From Salinivirgaceae bacterium (lineage in GTDB: Bacteria; Bacteroidota; Bacteroidia; Bacteroidales; SZUA-534), in contig JAKSOL010000004.1 in the NCBI GenBank assembly GCA_024405635.1, positions 86,919 through 150,918 of the forward strand: a stretch of 64,000 bases of DNA, in the 5' to 3' direction. The notes under the pieces are model-generated. The model did no database searches and was not told the DNA's origin. It saw only the letters and a program-made list of their open reading frames with translations. The stretch's first letter is position 1. Each line of letters starts with the position of its first letter. A program made the position numbers and the translations under genes. Below are positions 61,887-64,000 of the stretch, in pieces.

Positions 61887-61943
61887 ATGCGTAACGAATT
61901 GATATACAATATTTTAAAGGGGGGGGTAATACCGCTCCGCTAA
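61887..61943 (+). promoter_or_regulatory. Putative 18-aa leader ORF containing a G8 homopolymer (61919-61926)
   Basis: MRNELIYNILKGGVIPLR*, preceded by A-rich sequence and lying downstream of the promoter element. Confidence 0.5.
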
Positions 61944-61966
61944 GCGTTTGTATATTAAAGGATTAT

Positions 61967-62013
61967 GGCCTTCTGCCGGTGCCGTGTGCATCAGCGGAAG
62001 GCTTTTCTTGTTT
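61967..62013 (+). terminator. Terminator/attenuator-like hairpin in the 5' leader
   Basis: GGCCTTCTGCCGGTGC CGTGT GCATCAGCGGAAGGCT followed by TTTCTTGTTT. Confidence 0.6.
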
Positions 62014-62043
62014 ATGCAATTAATAATCTAAAACATAAAACTA

Positions 62044-62478
62044 ATGGGAAATAAAGTGTTCAATTTTTGGGGCAAGACATTTGCCGTTGCACTGGCGGCT
62101 GTAATTGCAGCATTCTCGCTTGCTTCTTGCTCGGATGATGATGAGGAGGATACTAAAAAAGAAGAAGTAACAAAAGCTGTAGAATTTGCTCCAGAAAGTT
62201 CTGCTGAATCGCTGCTTGAAGAATTGAGGATTTTTGCGAATGATTCCACTGTAGAAAAGATTGTCTGTAAAGCAACGGGGGATTGGAGCTCGTATAATTC
62301 AGAGTCAGTAACGTTTTTTTACAGGAATGTTATTCCAGACATGGATGAAGCCGCAAAGGGAAAGTGGATTGGCGAAGGCGATTTAAATTATAAACTGGGC
62401 GAGGCATCTAAGGTTCCTGATGACAGTATAGGAATTGTAAAACGTGGTTTTACGATTAATGCGAATTTGAAGAAATAA
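62044..62478 (+). CDS. Hypothetical lipoprotein (paralog 1)
   Basis: AAFSLASC lipobox followed by acidic SDDDEED. Confidence 0.8.
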   Translation: MGNKVFNFWGKTFAVALAAVIAAFSLASCSDDDEEDTKKEEVTKAVEFAPESSAESLLEELRIFANDSTVEKIVCKATGDWSSYNSESVTFFYRNVIPDMDEAAKGKWIGEGDLNYKLGEASKVPDDSIGIVKRGFTINANLKK

Positions 62479-62495
62479 CTAAAACACATACAATT

Positions 62496-62960
62496 ATGAA
62501 TATAACAGAAACAGTCAAGCGCAGTCTCCGCTTTGTGGCAATGGCAGGAGTTGTAATAGCAGCATTCTCGCTTGCTTCCTGCTCGGATGATGATGAGAAG
62601 GAAGAATCTGCAATCGAAAAACATAATGTTGAATTTGTAGTAGAAAACCCTCTTTCAATGACAGCGAATGAAAGTTTAAATAATTTATTGGATTTGGACA
62701 GAATAAAAAAACTTGCGTCGGCGGATGATGTTGATTCTTTGATTATTTTGTCAGATGGTTCCGATAAATGGAAAGTTGCGGATGCTCTTGTTATGAAAAT
62801 GCTTAAAGACGACTATATGAAACCAATATTTGATGCGGTACCAAATGCATATGGCAAGGGTAGCTTTAATTTTAAATTGGGCGAGGCATCAAAAGTACCA
62901 AACGACAGCATCTGGTATGTAAATCACGGATTTACGATTAATGCAAATTTGAAGAAATAA
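62496..62960 (+). CDS. Hypothetical lipoprotein (paralog 2)
   Basis: Same AAFSLASCSDDDE start and LGEASKVP.DSI...GFTINANLKK end as paralog 1. Confidence 0.8.
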   Translation: MNITETVKRSLRFVAMAGVVIAAFSLASCSDDDEKEESAIEKHNVEFVVENPLSMTANESLNNLLDLDRIKKLASADDVDSLIILSDGSDKWKVADALVMKMLKDDYMKPIFDAVPNAYGKGSFNFKLGEASKVPNDSIWYVNHGFTINANLKK

Positions 62961-62963
62961 CAC

Positions 62964-62995
62964 AATAGGCGCTGCCATCGGCAACGCCTATTTTT
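62964..62995 (+). terminator. Intrinsic terminator
   Basis: AATAGGCGCTGCC ATC GGCAACGCCTATTTTT. Confidence 0.75.
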
Positions 62996-63150
62996 GTTTA
63001 GTATCCTGTTCTGCGTTACTCCACATTTGTTAATTGCAAAAATTTAATATAAAAATATATCAAATTTGACGAATGCTTACTAAGTTTGCATCATTAACTT
63101 CCGAAAAGTGTAGTAAAGCTACACAAAACGGAACTTGTTGATGTAGTTGT

Positions 63151-64000
63151 ATGGAGATAAAAAGAGATATAATAGATATATTCAAAGCATGGAAAGAGAA
63201 TGTAAGGCGTAAGCCGATTCTCCTAAAGGGTGCTCGTCAGATTGGTAAAACATGGGCCATGGAGACATTCGGACGCGAATGTTTTGAATATTGTGTGAAG
63301 TTCGATTTTGACAGGCAACCGGAACTAAAGTCGGTATTTCAGGCAACAAAATCGCCACAACAGCTTGTCAAGGAGTTGTCTCTCTATTGTGACGATCCTA
63401 TTGAGCCTGGTAAGACCTTAATGGTTTTCGACGAGATACAGGAGTGTGAAGAGGCATTGAACAGCCTAAAGTATTTTTGCGAAGATGCGCCTCAATACCA
63501 CATCATTGCTGCAGGATCGCTCTTAGGGGTGGCCGTAAAGAAAAGAAAGATGACTGTGCCGGTGGGCAAGGTCAGTATCATCAGGATGTATCCTATATCT
63601 TTCAGAGAATTTCTTCGTGCCAGCGACGCTAAAACATACGGCTACATTTCGTCGCTTACCTCCATAGAACATCTGCCGTCGATAATCCTTAATAAACTAA
63701 AGAGTGAATACCGTCGTTATCAGATATGTGGTGGTATGCCCGAAGCCGTAGTTGCCATGCTAGAAGAGAGAGGTGTGCGAGAGATTGATAACGTCTTGCA
63801 GAACATACTCGACCTTTACGAGTTGGATTTCTCAAAATATGCCGAACCACGTGAAATACCACGTATACATTCATTGTGGCACTCTCTGCCGGCACAGCTG
63901 TCGAAAGAGAACAGGAAGTTCATATACAAGGTAATCAAGTCGGGCGCCCGTTCTAAGGACTATGAAGATGCGCTCATGTGGCTCGAAGATGCAGGCATGA
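63151..64000 (+). CDS. AAA_14-family ATPase (DUF4143-associated type), 5' part; runs off the window
   Basis: Not in the ORF track. MEIKRDII...KPILLKGARQIGKT (Walker A), VFDEIQE (Walker B), IIAAGSLLG, MYPISFREFL, GGMPEAV. Confidence 0.9.
   Translation, partial: MEIKRDIIDIFKAWKENVRRKPILLKGARQIGKTWAMETFGRECFEYCVKFDFDRQPELKSVFQATKSPQQLVKELSLYCDDPIEPGKTLMVFDEIQECEEALNSLKYFCEDAPQYHIIAAGSLLGVAVKKRKMTVPVGKVSIIRMYPISFREFLRASDAKTYGYISSLTSIEHLPSIILNKLKSEYRRYQICGGMPEAVVAMLEERGVREIDNVLQNILDLYELDFSKYAEPREIPRIHSLWHSLPAQLSKENRKFIYKVIKSGARSKDYEDALMWLEDAGM

Overview
Chromosomal segment of an AT-rich Bacteroidota bacterium, most likely Bacteroidales (TAnnTTTG promoters, T9SS cargo proteins, gldH, DUF4271-hemD-rnpA and NtrC-lptE-TPR-secG gene orders). 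It is mostly housekeeping (dpp7, dnaN, hemD, rnpA, cmk, ispH, uvrC, trmD, trmB, argR, gapA, rlmD, radC, rpe, lptE, secG, proA, recA, tRNA-Leu, tRNA-Gly). Four accessory regions interrupt it: a 2542-aa repetitive LRR/B-repeat T9SS surface protein with a beta-barrel partner; an ABC-transporter (Wzm/Wzt) glycan locus ending in a T9SS PKD protein; an AT-rich CoiA-like nuclease islet; and a pair of variable lipoproteins followed by an AAA ATPase. Two signals stand out. (1) A four-helix-bundle (IVP/Avd-like) gene sits between wzm and wzt, bracketed by inverted arrays of 7-nt repeats that can pair as an RNA stem with G-U wobbles, like an mRNA intervening sequence. (2) A poly-G-containing leader ORF precedes a terminator-like hairpin, and a one-base slip would send the ribosome through the hairpin; this is a candidate phase-variable attenuator for two lipoproteins with conserved ends and divergent middles. 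All calls were made by eye from motifs; no searches were run.
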